DNA of 64,000 nt from Escherichia coli (GCF_003790525.1 NZ_CP033635.1), one strand, 5' to 3'; positions 31,427-44,552 are shown, counted from the first letter of the stretch. The notes: generated by a model from the sequence alone, not told the origin. A program made the numbers and translations.

Positions 31427-32797
31427 GTGTTCCCTGCGCCAGCGGGGATAAACCGGTGACCATAAGGGCATTTCATACTGCCTTGCTGTGTTCCCTGCGC
31501 CAGCGGGGATAAACCGGTGAACGTGACAACGCCCGCGACAGAAACGTCGTGTTCCCTGCGCCAGCGGGGATAAACCGGGAAGAAGCGGTAAAGCGGGTTC
31601 CAGTTCAGCGTGTTCCCTGCGCCAGCGGGGATAAACCGAAATTAATTTCGAAACGGGCGTTGATGGTGAAGTGTTCCCTGCGCCAGCGGGGATAAACCGG
31701 CTGGCGCACCTTACGCAAAAATAGACGTAAAGTGTTCCCTGCGCCAGCGGGGATAAACCGCCAGGGAGCGAAGCTGTGGCCATGCTGAAAGGGTGTTCCC
31801 TGCGCCAGCGGGGATAAACCGGGGTTCTATTTCCTCGGGATTTGCCGACACGCGTGTTCCCTGCGCCAGCGGGGATAAACCGGTCAACGCTGGTCAGGCG
31901 TGGTACTTCCTCCGGTGTTCCCTGCGCCAGCGGGGATAAACCGGCTGCCGCGCTTTCGGTGTGGGAGCAGTATGAGTGTTCCCTGCGCCAGCGGGGATAA
32001 ACCGAAACTCCGTGGTGTAGTGCGTTTGTTGGTGCGGTGTTCCCTGCGCCAGCGGGGATAAACCGTTGGTATTAACGGGAATGTAGTCACTCCAGGAGTG
32101 TTCCCTGCGCCAGCGGGGATAAACCGGCGATCGTATTTTCCGCTACGTCGCTCAAATGGTGTTCCCTGCGCCAGCGGGGATAAACCGTCGTTGATGGTGT
32201 GATGAGTGTACAAAAAAAAGTGTTCCCTGCGCCAGCGGGGATAAACCGACGACTGAATCCGGCGAGGCTATCAACTGGCCGTGTTCCCTGCGCCAGCGGG
32301 GATAAACCGCCGCACACGTCGAGCTGGTGGGGATTAATGCTGTGTTCCCTGCGCCAGCGGGGATAAACCGCAGTAAACGTTCGCGCGTTCTCGCGCTCAC
32401 GAGTGTTCCCTGCGCCAGCGGGGATAAACCCTCTGTGTATTCGCTACCAGCCAGCACCGGTACGTGTTCCCTGCGCCAGCGGGGATAAACCGCAGGGTAA
32501 CTGGCTGCTCCTCAACCATTCCGCGTGTTCCCCGCGCCAGCGGGGATAAACCGGGGTTTTAGCGACCGGACCAGAGTACGCAACAGTGTTCCCCGCGCCA
32601 GCGGGGATAAACCGTTGCGCCTTAAGTTCCTTAACTTCCTCTGTATGTGTTCCCCGCGCCAGCGGGGATAAACCGGGAGTGATGAATTGGAAGTAACGGA
32701 TAACCGCGTGTTCCCTGCGCCAGCGGGGATAAACCGGACGCACTGGATGCGATGATGGATATCACTTAGAGTTCCCCCCGCCCCTGCGGTAGAACTC
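31427..32797 (+). CRISPR. type I-E CRISPR array: 23 repeats of 29 bp (last one degenerate), 22 spacers of 32 bp, period 61 bp
   Basis: Repeat GTGTTCCCTGCGCCAGCGGGGATAAACCG starting at 31427, 31488, 31549 ... 32708 (every 61 bp); degenerate terminal repeat GAGTTCCCCCCGCCCCTGCGGTAGAACTC at 32769-32797. Confidence 0.95.
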
Positions 32798-32819
32798 CCA
32801 GCTCCCATTTTCAAACCCA

Positions 32820-33857
32820 TCAAGACGCCTTCGCCAGCTCTTTCACCAGAGGTAGCATTATCCGCATAACGTCACGGCAGCGACGTTCTATTCTTCCAGG
32901 AAGTGCCTTATCAATATGTTGTTGATTATCCAGTCTTACGTCATGCCAGCTATTTCCCGCAGGGAATGCAGCTGTTTTTGCGCGTTGCTGATAACCATCC
33001 TTATTTCCAAGATTCCAGTTGGTCGCCTCCACCGAAAGTACCGCAATACCGGCTTTGTCGAAAACTTCGGCGTCATTACAACAGCCAGTACCCTTCGGAT
33101 AATTTTTATTCAAACCCGGATTGGTCGTTGCGGCAATTCCATGACTACGCGCAATTGCCAGCGCCCTGTCGCGCGTTAATTTCCTTACTGCTTCAGGGGT
33201 TTTTACACCGCTGTTGAAATACAATTTATCGCCAACAATTAAGTTATCGAGATTAATCACCAGCAGTGTATTTTTCTTTTCGGAGTCACTCATCCGCTTG
33301 AGTAAATTCTCAGCGCCTAATTTCCCTTCCTCTTCGCCGCTGGTCGCCACAAATCGAATACCATACTCGGTAGGCGTATTTTTCAGGCGTTCTGCCAATT
33401 CCAGCATGACACCTAAACCTGCGGCGTTATCATCCATTCCTTGTAACGTCAGCCCGCCGAGATTGGCATCGGCGTCAGCATCGCTCAGCGGGGCGTAAGT
33501 ATCCAGATGCGCCATAATGATGATCTGCTGCGGCGCTTTGCCTTCATGAGCGGCAATCACCGTACTTCCCGTCACGTTATGCCAGCTCTTGCGATTATCG
33601 CGGGCGGTATAAATATACCGACTATTAAATGTCCGAATATCACTGCGATAACCCATTTGCTGAAACTGTTGGCGAATATAATCGGCAGATAACATTTCTG
33701 CTGGAGTTCCGGTCATGCGTCCCGGAAAGAAAGTAGCAATATGTCGTGCCTGGGTATTAGCAAAATCGCCAGGTTTAGGTGACGAGGCGTGTACGGGGAG
33801 AATAAAGCATACGCCGAGCGCCAGGGCAGCGGTACGGTGGCGCAATGCGGAAAACAT
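32820..33857 (-). CDS. iap: alkaline phosphatase isozyme conversion aminopeptidase
   Basis: 345 aa with signal peptide; M28-peptidase-like; convergent with the CRISPR array. Confidence 0.85.
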   Translation of the reverse strand: MFSALRHRTAALALGVCFILPVHASSPKPGDFANTQARHIATFFPGRMTGTPAEMLSADYIRQQFQQMGYRSDIRTFNSRYIYTARDNRKSWHNVTGSTVIAAHEGKAPQQIIIMAHLDTYAPLSDADADANLGGLTLQGMDDNAAGLGVMLELAERLKNTPTEYGIRFVATSGEEEGKLGAENLLKRMSDSEKKNTLLVINLDNLIVGDKLYFNSGVKTPEAVRKLTRDRALAIARSHGIAATTNPGLNKNYPKGTGCCNDAEVFDKAGIAVLSVEATNWNLGNKDGYQQRAKTAAFPAGNSWHDVRLDNQQHIDKALPGRIERRCRDVMRIMLPLVKELAKAS

Positions 33858-34108
33858 AGTGAGTCCTTAAATACCATGCAAATTTTTTTACCGCCATAGT
33901 ATGAAACTGCCGCTGCGCTAAAACAATTTCAAATCTTCCTAAACGCCCGAAATCCGGTGCCTTAAGCACTTTTTGATATTAGCTTTGCCAAATCGTTATT
34001 CCGTTAAGGAACTACTCATTCTAATTGGTAATTTCATTCGTTCTCTTACGCTCCCTATAGTCGAAACATCTGATGGCAAGAAAATAGCGGTATTGCAAAG
34101 GAACGGTT

Positions 34109-35017
34109 ATGGATCAAATACGACTTACTCACCTGCGGCAACTGGAGGCGGAAAGCATCCACATTATTCGCGAGGTGGCGGCAGAATTCTCAAATCCGGT
34201 GATGCTCTACTCTATCGGTAAAGATTCCAGCGTCATGCTGCATCTGGCGCGCAAGGCGTTTTATCCAGGTACGCTGCCTTTCCCGTTGCTGCATGTCGAT
34301 ACCGGCTGGAAATTCCGCGAGATGTATGAGTTCCGCGATCGTACGGCGAAAGCCTACGGCTGCGAGCTGCTGGTGCATAAAAACCCGGAAGGCGTGGCGA
34401 TGGGGATTAATCCATTCGTACACGGCAGCGCGAAACATACCGATATTATGAAAACTGAAGGCCTGAAACAGGCGCTGAACAAATACGGTTTTGATGCCGC
34501 CTTCGGTGGTGCGCGCCGTGACGAAGAGAAATCCCGCGCTAAAGAGCGAATCTACTCTTTCCGTGACCGCTTCCATCGCTGGGATCCGAAAAATCAGCGC
34601 CCGGAGCTGTGGCACAACTACAACGGGCAAATTAACAAAGGCGAAAGCATCCGCGTCTTCCCGCTCTCTAACTGGACCGAGCAGGATATCTGGCAATACA
34701 TCTGGCTGGAAAATATCGACATTGTGCCGCTGTATCTCGCTGCGGAACGTCCGGTTCTGGAACGCGACGGTATGTTGATGATGATTGATGACAACCGTAT
34801 CGACCTGCAACCGGGCGAAGTGATTAAAAAACGGATGGTGCGTTTCCGTACGCTGGGCTGCTGGCCGCTGACCGGTGCGGTGGAGTCAAATGCACAAACA
34901 CTGCCGGAGATCATCGAAGAGATGCTGGTTTCCACCACCAGTGAACGTCAGGGCCGCGTGATTGACCGCGACCAGGCGGGGTCTATGGAGCTGAAAAAAC
35001 GTCAGGGGTATTTTTAA
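34109..35017 (+). CDS. cysD: sulfate adenylyltransferase subunit 2
   Basis: 302 aa; PAPS-reductase-like fold signature. Confidence 0.95.
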   Translation: MDQIRLTHLRQLEAESIHIIREVAAEFSNPVMLYSIGKDSSVMLHLARKAFYPGTLPFPLLHVDTGWKFREMYEFRDRTAKAYGCELLVHKNPEGVAMGINPFVHGSAKHTDIMKTEGLKQALNKYGFDAAFGGARRDEEKSRAKERIYSFRDRFHRWDPKNQRPELWHNYNGQINKGESIRVFPLSNWTEQDIWQYIWLENIDIVPLYLAAERPVLERDGMLMMIDDNRIDLQPGEVIKKRMVRFRTLGCWPLTGAVESNAQTLPEIIEEMLVSTTSERQGRVIDRDQAGSMELKKRQGYF

Positions 35018-35018
35018 G

Positions 35019-36446
35019 ATGAACACCGCACTTGCACAACAAATCGCCAATGAAGGCGGCGTCGAAGCCTGGATGATTGCGCAACAACATAAAAGCCTGC
35101 TGCGTTTTCTGACCTGTGGTAGCGTCGATGACGGCAAAAGTACCCTGATTGGTCGCCTGCTACACGATACCCGCCAAATCTACGAAGATCAGCTCTCATC
35201 GCTGCATAACGACAGTAAGCGTCACGGCACCCAGGGCGAAAAGCTGGATCTGGCACTGCTGGTGGACGGCCTGCAAGCTGAGCGCGAACAGGGCATCACT
35301 ATTGATGTGGCCTACCGCTATTTCTCTACCGAGAAGCGTAAATTTATTATCGCCGACACCCCAGGGCACGAGCAGTACACCCGCAATATGGCGACTGGCG
35401 CATCGACATGTGAACTGGCGATCTTACTGATCGATGCCCGTAAAGGCGTGCTCGATCAAACCCGTCGTCACAGTTTTATCTCCACACTGTTGGGGATCAA
35501 ACATCTGGTCGTGGCGATCAACAAAATGGATCTGGTGGATTACAGTGAAGAGACGTTCACCCGTATTCGTGAAGATTATCTGACTTTTGCCGGGCAGCTG
35601 CCGGGTAATCTGGATATCCGCTTTGTGCCGCTCTCCGCACTGGAAGGCGACAACGTGGCTTCGCAAAGTGAAAGTATGCCGTGGTACAGCGGTCCGACAC
35701 TGCTCGAAGTGCTGGAAACCGTGGAGATCCAGCGAGTGGTGGATGCACAGCCTATGCGCTTCCCGGTGCAGTACGTTAACCGCCCGAATCTCGATTTTCG
35801 TGGCTACGCCGGAACGCTGGCATCCGGTCGCGTGGAAGTCGGGCAACGTGTAAAAGTGTTGCCCTCTGGTGTGGAATCAAACGTCGCGCGGATCGTGACT
35901 TTTGATGGCGATCGCGAAGAAGCCTTTGCCGGAGAAGCGATCACCCTGGTGCTGACGGATGAGATCGACATCAGCCGTGGCGATCTGCTGCTGGCGGCAG
36001 ACGAAGCGTTACCGGCTGTGCAGAGCGCGTCGGTGGATGTGGTATGGATGGCGGAACAGCCGCTTTCCCCAGGCCAGAGTTACGACATCAAAATTGCCGG
36101 TAAGAAGACGCGTGCTCGTGTTGATGGCATTCGTTATCAGGTTGATATCAATAACCTTACCCAACGCGAAGTTGAAAACCTGCCGCTGAACGGCATCGGC
36201 CTGGTAGATCTCACCTTTGACGAGCCGCTGGTGTTAGATCGTTATCAGCAAAACCCGGTTACCGGTGGGCTGATTTTTATCGATCGCCTGAGTAATGTGA
36301 CCGTAGGTGCCGGTATGGTGCACGAACCAGTTAGCCAGGCAACTGCTGCGCCATCTGAATTCAGTGCATTCGAACTGGAATTGAATGCCCTGGTTCGCCG
36401 CCATTTCCCGCATTGGGGTGCGCGCGATTTACTGGGAGATAAATAA
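35019..36446 (+). CDS. cysN: sulfate adenylyltransferase subunit 1 (GTPase)
   Basis: 475 aa; GTP-binding motifs GSVDDGKST and DTPGH. Confidence 0.95.
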
Positions 36447-37051
36447 TGGCTCTGCATGACGAAAACGTCGTCTGGCATAGCCACCCAGTCACTGTGCAAC
36501 AACGCGAGCTACACCACGGTCATCGTGGTGTAGTGCTGTGGTTTACCGGCCTCTCCGGGTCCGGTAAATCAACGGTCGCCGGGGCGCTGGAGGAGGCGTT
36601 ACATAAACTTGGCGTCAGTACGTATCTGCTGGATGGCGACAACGTTCGCCACGGATTATGCAGCGATCTCGGTTTTAGCGATGCCGACCGTAAAGAGAAT
36701 ATCCGTCGCGTCGGTGAAGTGGCGAATTTGATGGTTGAAGCCGGACTGGTGGTGCTGACCGCATTTATCTCGCCACACCGCGCCGAACGCCAGATGGTTC
36801 GCGAACGCGTAGGAGAAGGGCGCTTTATCGAAGTGTTTGTCGATACGCCGCTGGCGATTTGCGAAGCCCGCGATCCAAAAGGCTTATATAAGAAAGCGCG
36901 TGCCGGTGAACTGCGTAACTTTACGGGAATAGATTCTGTTTACGAAGCGCCTGAATCGGCAGAAATTCATCTCAATGGTGAACAATTAGTAACAAATTTG
37001 GTACAGCAATTATTAGATCTGTTGAGACAGAACGATATTATCAGATCCTGA
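36446..37051 (+). CDS. cysC: adenylylsulfate (APS) kinase
   Basis: 201 aa; P-loop GLSGSGKST; start overlaps the cysN stop. Confidence 0.95.
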
Positions 37052-37100
37052 GACACCACCGGGTTTCCATGCCCGGTTCGTCAAAGTAACAGGATCAAAT

Positions 37101-37424
37101 ATGCGTAATAGCCATAACATTACACTAACAAATAACGACAGCCTTACTGAGGATGAAGAAACCACATGGTCACTGCCTGGTGCCGTGGTCGGTTTTATCT
37201 CATGGTTATTTGCGCTGGCGATGCCGATGTTGATTTATGGCTCTAACACGCTGTTCTTCTTTATCTACACCTGGCCTTTCTTTCTGGCACTGATGCCTGT
37301 CGCGGTAGTGGTGGGGATTGCGCTGCATTCATTGATGGACGGAAAGCTACGCTACAGTATTGTTTTCACCCTGGTGACAGTAGGCATTATGTTTGGCGCA
37401 CTGTTTATGTGGCTACTGGGCTAA
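37101..37424 (+). CDS. ygbE: small inner-membrane protein (DUF3561-type)
   Basis: 107 aa, predicted transmembrane helices. Confidence 0.75.
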   Translation: MRNSHNITLTNNDSLTEDEETTWSLPGAVVGFISWLFALAMPMLIYGSNTLFFFIYTWPFFLALMPVAVVVGIALHSLMDGKLRYSIVFTLVTVGIMFGALFMWLLG

Positions 37425-37617
37425 TTTGTACTTTCTTGTCTCCTCTGTTCATAATTCAAACCGTAACTAATAATGAGATTATGTTCTGCACGCCCTGGGT
37501 ATACGTAACAATGGACAAATGTGGTACATTTGCCCGCGTTGTCGCGGTATCCCCAACAGAGGATGTAGAGTCGTCTTCGGATGCATGGGATGATGATGCC
37601 GTTTTTCAGGGGGCAGG

Positions 37618-37929
37618 ATGGGTAAACTAACGCTGCTGTTGCTGGCTATTCTGGTCTGGCTACAGTATTCGCTGTGGTTCGGTAAGAACGGTATACATGA
37701 CTATACCCGCGTCAATGATGATGTGGCGGCACAGCAAGCTACAAACGCTAAACTTAAAGCGCGAAACGATCAACTTTTTGCCGAAATTGACGATCTCAAT
37801 GGCGGCCAGGAGGCGCTCGAAGAGCGTGCGCGTAATGAACTCAGCATGACCAGGCCGGGCGAAACTTTTTATCGTCTGGTGCCTGACGCGTCGAAGCGCG
37901 CACAGTCTGCGGGGCAAAACAATCGATAA
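37618..37929 (+). CDS. ftsB: cell division protein FtsB
   Basis: 103 aa; N-terminal TM segment then coiled coil. Confidence 0.9.
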
Positions 37930-37947
37930 ATCAGCCCAGGAATTAAC

Positions 37948-38658
37948 ATGGCAACCACTCATTTGGATGTTTGCGCCGTGGTTCCGGCGGCCGGATTTGG
38001 CCGTCGAATGCAAACGGAATGTCCTAAGCAATATCTCTCAATCGGTAATCAAACCATTCTTGAACACTCGGTGCATGCGCTGCTGGCGCATCCCCGGGTG
38101 ACACGTGTCGTCATTGCCATAAGTCCTGGCGATAGCCGTTTTGCAAAACTTCCTCTGGCGAATCATCCGCAAATCACCGTTGTAGATGGCGGTGATGAGC
38201 GTGCCGATTCCGTGCTGGCAGGTTTGAAAGCCGCTGGCGACGCGCAGTGGGTATTGGTGCATGATGCCGCTCGTCCTTGTCTGCATCAGGATGACCTCGC
38301 GCGATTGTTGGCGTTGAGCGAAACCAGCCGCACGGGAGGGATCCTCGCCGCACCAGTGCGCGATACGATGAAACGTGCCGAACCGGGCAAAAATGCCATT
38401 GCTCATACCGTTGATCGCAACGGCTTATGGCACGCGCTGACGCCGCAATTTTTCCCTCGTGAGCTGTTACATGACTGTCTGACGCGTGCTCTAAATGAAG
38501 GCGCGACTATTACTGACGAAGCCTCGGCGCTGGAATATTGCGGATTTCATCCGCAGTTGGTCGAAGGCCGCGCGGATAACATTAAAGTCACGCGCCCGGA
38601 GGATTTGGCGCTGGCCGAATTTTACCTCACCCGAACCATCCATCAGGAGAATACATAA
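37948..38658 (+). CDS. ispD: 2-C-methyl-D-erythritol 4-phosphate cytidylyltransferase
   Basis: 236 aa; N-terminal [12 protein letters not shown] motif. Confidence 0.9.
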
Positions 38659-39137
38659 TGCGAATTGGACACGGTTTTGACGTACACGCCTTTGGCGGTG
38701 AAGGCCCAATTATCATTGGTGGCGTGCGCATTCCTTACGAAAAAGGGCTGCTGGCGCATTCTGATGGCGACGTGGCGCTCCATGCGTTGACCGATGCATT
38801 GCTTGGCGCGGCGGCGCTGGGGGATATCGGCAAACTGTTCCCGGATACCGATCCGGCATTTAAAGGTGCCGACAGCCGCGAGCTGTTGCGCGAAGCCTGG
38901 CGTCGTATTCAGGCGAAAGGTTATGCCCTCGGCAACGTCGATGTCACTATCATCGCTCAGGCACCGAAGATGTTGCCGCACATTCCACAAATGCGCGTGT
39001 TTATTGCCGAAGATCTCGGCTGCCATATGGATGATGTTAACGTGAAAGCCACTACTACGGAAAAACTGGGATTTACCGGACGTGGGGAAGGGATTGCCTG
39101 TGAAGCGGTGGCGCTACTCATTAAGGCAACGAAATGA
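38658..39137 (+). CDS. ispF: 2-C-methyl-D-erythritol 2,4-cyclodiphosphate synthase
   Basis: 159 aa; [12 protein letters not shown] motif; start overlaps the ispD stop. Confidence 0.9.
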
Positions 39138-40163
39138 TTGAGTTCGATAATCTCACTTACCTCCACGGCAAACCGCAAGGCACCGGGCTGCTGAAAGCGA
39201 ATCCGGAAGACTTTGTGGTGGTGGAAGATTTGGGCTTTGAGCCTGATGGTGAAGGTGAGCATATTCTGGTTAGAATCCTCAAAAACGGCTGCAATACCCG
39301 TTTTGTGGCGGATGCACTGGCGAAATTCCTGAAAATTCATGCCCGTGAAGTCAGCTTCGCTGGGCAAAAAGATAAACATGCTGTTACGGAACAGTGGTTA
39401 TGCGCTCGCGTGCCGGGCAAAGAGATGCCCGATCTGAGCGCCTTTCAACTGGAAGGCTGCCAGGTGCTGGAGTATGCGCGGCACAAGCGCAAGCTGCGTT
39501 TAGGGGCGCTGAAAGGTAACGCCTTTACCCTGGTACTACGCGAAGTGAGCAATCGCGATGACGTTGAACAACGTCTGATCGATATTTGCGTAAAAGGTGT
39601 ACCGAACTACTTCGGTGCCCAACGTTTTGGGATTGGCGGTAGCAACTTGCAGGGCGCGCTGCGCTGGGCGCAAACCAATACTCCGGTGCGCGATCGCAAT
39701 AAACGGAGTTTTTGGTTGTCGGCAGCCCGCAGTGCGTTGTTTAATCAGATTGTTGCTGAGCGCCTCAAAAAAGCAGACGTTAATCAAGTTGTTGACGGCG
39801 ATGCGCTACAATTAGCCGGACGTGGTAGCTGGTTTGTTGCAACCACCGAAGAAGTGGCGGAATTACAGCGTCGCGTCAACGATAAAGAGCTAATGATAAC
39901 CGCCGCATTGCCGGGCAGTGGCGAATGGGGAACTCAGCGTGAAGCGCTGGCATTCGAACAAGCAGCTGTCGCCGCAGAAACTGAATTACAAGCTTTACTG
40001 GTGCGCGAAAAAGTTGAAGCCGCGCGCAGAGCGATGCTGCTGTATCCGCAACAATTAAGCTGGAACTGGTGGGATGACGTCACCGTAGAAATCCGTTTCT
40101 GGCTTCCGGCGGGTAGTTTTGCAACCAGCGTTGTCAGGGAACTTATCAACACAACAGGTGATT

Positions 40164-40183
<20 letters not shown>
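39134..40183 (+). CDS. truD: tRNA pseudouridine(13) synthase
   Basis: 349 aa; overlaps the ispF stop. Confidence 0.9.
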
Positions 40184-41545
<1,362 letters not shown>

Positions 41546-41684
41546 AACGTGAGGAAATACCTGGATTTTTCCTGGTTATTTTGCCGCAGGTCAGCGTATC
41601 GTGAACATCTTTTCCAGTGTTCAGTATGGTGCCTTGCACGGTAATTATGTCACTGGTTATTAACCAATTTTTCCTGGGGGATAA

Positions 41685-42824
41685 ATGAGCGCGGGAAGCC
41701 CAAAATTCACCGTTCGCCGCATTGCGGCTTTGTCACTGGTTTCGCTATGGCTGGCAGGCTGTTCTGACACTTCAAATCCACCGGCCCCGGTCAGCTCCGT
41801 TAATGGCAATGCGCCTGCAAATACCAATTCTGGTATGTTGATTACGCCGCCGCCGAAAATGGGGACGACGTCTACAGCGCAGCAACCGCAAATTCAGCCG
41901 GTACAGCAGCCACAAATTCAGGCCACTCAACAACCGCAAATCCAGCCGGTGCAGCCAGTAGCTCAGCAGCCGGTACAGATGGAAAACGGACGCATCGTCT
42001 ATAACCGTCAGTATGGGAACATTCCGAAAGGCAGTTATAGCGGCAGTACCTATACAGTGAAAAAAGGCGACACACTTTTCTATATCGCCTGGATTACTGG
42101 CAACGATTTCCGTGACCTTGCTCAGCGCAACAATATTCAGGCACCATATGCGCTGAACGTCGGTCAGACCTTACAGGTGGGGAATGCTTCCGGTACGCCA
42201 ATCACTGGCGGAAATGCCATTACCCAGGCCGACGCAGCAGAGCAAGGAGTTGTGATCAAGCCTGCACAAAATTCCACCGTTGCTGTTGCTTCGCAACCGA
42301 CAATTACGTATTCTGAGTCTTCGGGTGAACAGAGTGCTAACAAAATGTTGCCGAACAACAAGCCAACTGCGACCACGGTCACAGCGCCTGTAACGGTACC
42401 AACAGCAAGCACAACCGAGCCGACTGTCAGCAGTACATCAACCAGTACGCCTATCTCCACCTGGCGCTGGCCGACTGAGGGCAAAGTGATCGAAACCTTT
42501 GGCGCTTCTGAGGGGGGCAACAAGGGGATTGATATCGCAGGCAGCAAAGGACAGGCAATTATCGCGACTGCAGATGGCCGCGTTGTTTATGCCGGTAACG
42601 CGCTGCGCGGCTACGGTAATCTGATTATCATCAAACATAATGATGATTACCTGAGTGCCTACGCCCATAACGACACAATGCTGGTCCGGGAACAACAAGA
42701 AGTGAAGGCGGGGCAAAAAATAGCAACCATGGGTAGCACCGGAACCAGTTCAACACGCTTGCATTTTGAAATTCGTTACAAGGGGAAATCCGTAAACCCG
42801 CTGCGTTATTTGCCGCAGCGATAA
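41685..42824 (+). CDS. nlpD: murein hydrolase activator lipoprotein NlpD (LysM plus M23 domains)
   Basis: 379 aa; lipobox LAGCS; Q/P-rich repeats; C-terminal M23 domain. Confidence 0.9.
   Translation: MSAGSPKFTVRRIAALSLVSLWLAGCSDTSNPPAPVSSVNGNAPANTNSGMLITPPPKMGTTSTAQQPQIQPVQQPQIQATQQPQIQPVQPVAQQPVQMENGRIVYNRQYGNIPKGSYSGSTYTVKKGDTLFYIAWITGNDFRDLAQRNNIQAPYALNVGQTLQVGNASGTPITGGNAITQADAAEQGVVIKPAQNSTVAVASQPTITYSESSGEQSANKMLPNNKPTATTVTAPVTVPTASTTEPTVSSTSTSTPISTWRWPTEGKVIETFGASEGGNKGIDIAGSKGQAIIATADGRVVYAGNALRGYGNLIIIKHNDDYLSAYAHNDTMLVREQQEVKAGQKIATMGSTGTSSTRLHFEIRYKGKSVNPLRYLPQR
42286..42314 (+). promoter_or_regulatory. candidate major rpoS promoter inside nlpD (-35 TTGCTT, 17-bp spacer, -10 TATTCT)
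   Basis: Hexamers at 42286-42291 and 42309-42314 put the transcription start about 566 nt upstream of the rpoS ATG, consistent with the long rpoS 5' UTR described in the literature. Confidence 0.5.
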
Positions 42825-42886
42825 ATCGGCGGAACCAGGCTTTTGCTTGAATGTTCCGTCAAGGGATCACGGGTAGGAGCCACCTT

Positions 42887-43879
42887 ATGAGTCAGAATAC
42901 GCTGAAAGTTCATGATTTAAATGAAGATGCGGAATTTGATGAGAACGGAGTTGAGGTTTTTGACGAAAAGGCCTTAGTAGAAGAGGAACCCAGTGATAAC
43001 GATTTGGCCGAAGAGGAACTGTTATCGCAGGGAGCCACACAGCGTGTGCTGGACGCGACTCAGCTTTACCTTGGTGAGATTGGTTATTCACCACTGTTAA
43101 CGGCCGAAGAAGAAGTTTATTTTGCGCGTCGCGCACTGCGTGGAGATGTTGCCTCTCGCCGCCGGATGATCGAGAGTAACTTGCGTCTGGTGGTAAAAAT
43201 TGCCCGCCGTTATGGCAATCGTGGTCTGGCGTTGCTGGACCTGATCGAAGAGGGCAACCTGGGGCTGATCCGCGCGGTAGAGAAGTTTGACCCGGAACGT
43301 GGTTTCCGCTTCTCAACATACGCAACCTGGTGGATTCGCCAGACGATCGAACGGGCGATTATGAACCAAACCCGTACTATTCGTTTGCCGATTCACATCG
43401 TAAAGGAGCTGAACGTTTACCTGCGAACCGCACGCGAGTTGTCCCATAAACTGGACCATGAACCAAGTGCGGAAGAGATCGCAGAGCAACTGGATAAGCC
43501 AGTTGATGACGTCAGCCGTATGCTTCGTCTTAACGAGCGCATTACCTCGGTAGACACCCCGCTGGGTGGTGATTCCGAAAAAGCGTTGCTGGACATCCTG
43601 GCCGATGAAAAAGAGAACGGTCCGGAAGATACCACGCAAGATGACGATATGAAGCAGAGCATCGTCAAATGGCTGTTCGAGCTGAACGCCAAACAGCGTG
43701 AAGTGCTGGCACGTCGATTCGGTTTGCTGGGGTACGAAGCGGCAACACTGGAAGATGTAGGTCGTGAAATTGGCCTCACCCGTGAACGTGTTCGCCAGAT
43801 TCAGGTTGAAGGCCTGCGCCGTTTGCGCGAAATCCTGCAAACGCAGGGGCTGAATATCGAAGCGCTGTTCCGCGAATAA
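42887..43879 (+). CDS. rpoS: RNA polymerase sigma factor RpoS (sigma-38)
   Basis: Start taken at [21 protein letters not shown] (330 aa); sigma-70 family regions 2-4. Confidence 0.95.
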   Translation: MSQNTLKVHDLNEDAEFDENGVEVFDEKALVEEEPSDNDLAEEELLSQGATQRVLDATQLYLGEIGYSPLLTAEEEVYFARRALRGDVASRRRMIESNLRLVVKIARRYGNRGLALLDLIEEGNLGLIRAVEKFDPERGFRFSTYATWWIRQTIERAIMNQTRTIRLPIHIVKELNVYLRTARELSHKLDHEPSAEEIAEQLDKPVDDVSRMLRLNERITSVDTPLGGDSEKALLDILADEKENGPEDTTQDDDMKQSIVKWLFELNAKQREVLARRFGLLGYEAATLEDVGREIGLTRERVRQIQVEGLRRLREILQTQGLNIEALFRE

Positions 43880-43894
43880 GTAAGCATCTGTCAG

Positions 43895-43931
43895 AAAGGC
43901 CAGTCTCAAGCGAGGCTGGCCTTTTTCTTTT
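43895..43931 (+). terminator. rho-independent terminator downstream of rpoS
   Basis: 13-bp stem AAAGGCCAGTCTC / GAGGCTGGCCTTT (one mismatch) with a 4-nt loop, followed by TTTCTTTTATTT. Confidence 0.6.
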
Positions 43932-43998
43932 ATTTGGGAGTCGGTGTGTTTTGTCGCCTGGATAAGACACGTCAGCGTCCCACCCGGCAATCAACATC

Positions 43999-44439
43999 CT
44001 ATTTGCTCATCATCTTGCGCACCAGCTGCATAAACAGCTCCTGCTCTTCTGCACTCAAACGCCCCAAAAATTCCTCATCCACACTGTCACCAATCGGTAT
44101 CGCCGCAGCAAGTACCTTTTCTCCTTCGGCAGTCAGCCAGACAAAGCGTCGCCGCTTATCAGCAGAGTCATGTTCTCGTCTGACTAAGCCACGATTTTCC
44201 ATTCGTGCCAACATTTCTGCCAGCGTTGCTTTGGTGCTGACGGCTGCTTCTATCAGTGCCACCTGTTCGATACCAGGTTTATCAGCAATGGCGCGCATCA
44301 CCGCGTACTGTGGTTTGGTCAGATCAGGTAACTCGTGCTGCCAGCGAGCCGTGTGCTGCTGAAAAAGCTGTCGTAACTGATGGAACGCTTTATTTCGTAA
44401 CGCCATGTAAACTCCGGGCAAACTATCTGCCGCTATCAT
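43999..44439 (-). CDS. MarR/SlyA-family transcriptional regulator
   Basis: 146 aa; winged-helix MarR-type sequence; divergent from the decarboxylase cluster. Confidence 0.8.
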   Translation of the reverse strand: MIAADSLPGVYMALRNKAFHQLRQLFQQHTARWQHELPDLTKPQYAVMRAIADKPGIEQVALIEAAVSTKATLAEMLARMENRGLVRREHDSADKRRRFVWLTAEGEKVLAAAIPIGDSVDEEFLGRLSAEEQELFMQLVRKMMSK

Positions 44440-44521
44440 AGCGGTTTTTCAGTGACGAAGAAGATGTTGTTACTTTTCAGCGCTTGCCGCGATGAAAACA
44501 GAGGCGTATTTTAATAATAAC

Positions 44522-44535
44522 GTTCGTATACGAAC
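44522..44535. promoter_or_regulatory. perfect 14-bp palindrome GTTCGTATACGAAC between the MarR-family gene and the decarboxylase operon (candidate operator)
   Basis: Perfect inverted repeat 18 bp upstream of the ATG at 44553. Confidence 0.35.
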
Positions 44536-44552
44536 AATTTAGAGAGTAAGCA

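Noticed and set aside
31367-32823. Seven overlapping minus-strand ORFs (98-138 aa) across the CRISPR array with repetitive peptides (FIPAGAGNT, VYPRWRREH, GLSPLAQGT)
   Set aside because: Their periodic peptide repeats are simply translations of the 29-bp CRISPR repeat in different frames; an artefact of the array, not genes.
43313-43990. 225-aa minus-strand ORF spanning rpoS
   Set aside because: Completely overlaps the conserved rpoS reading frame on the opposite strand; shadow ORF.
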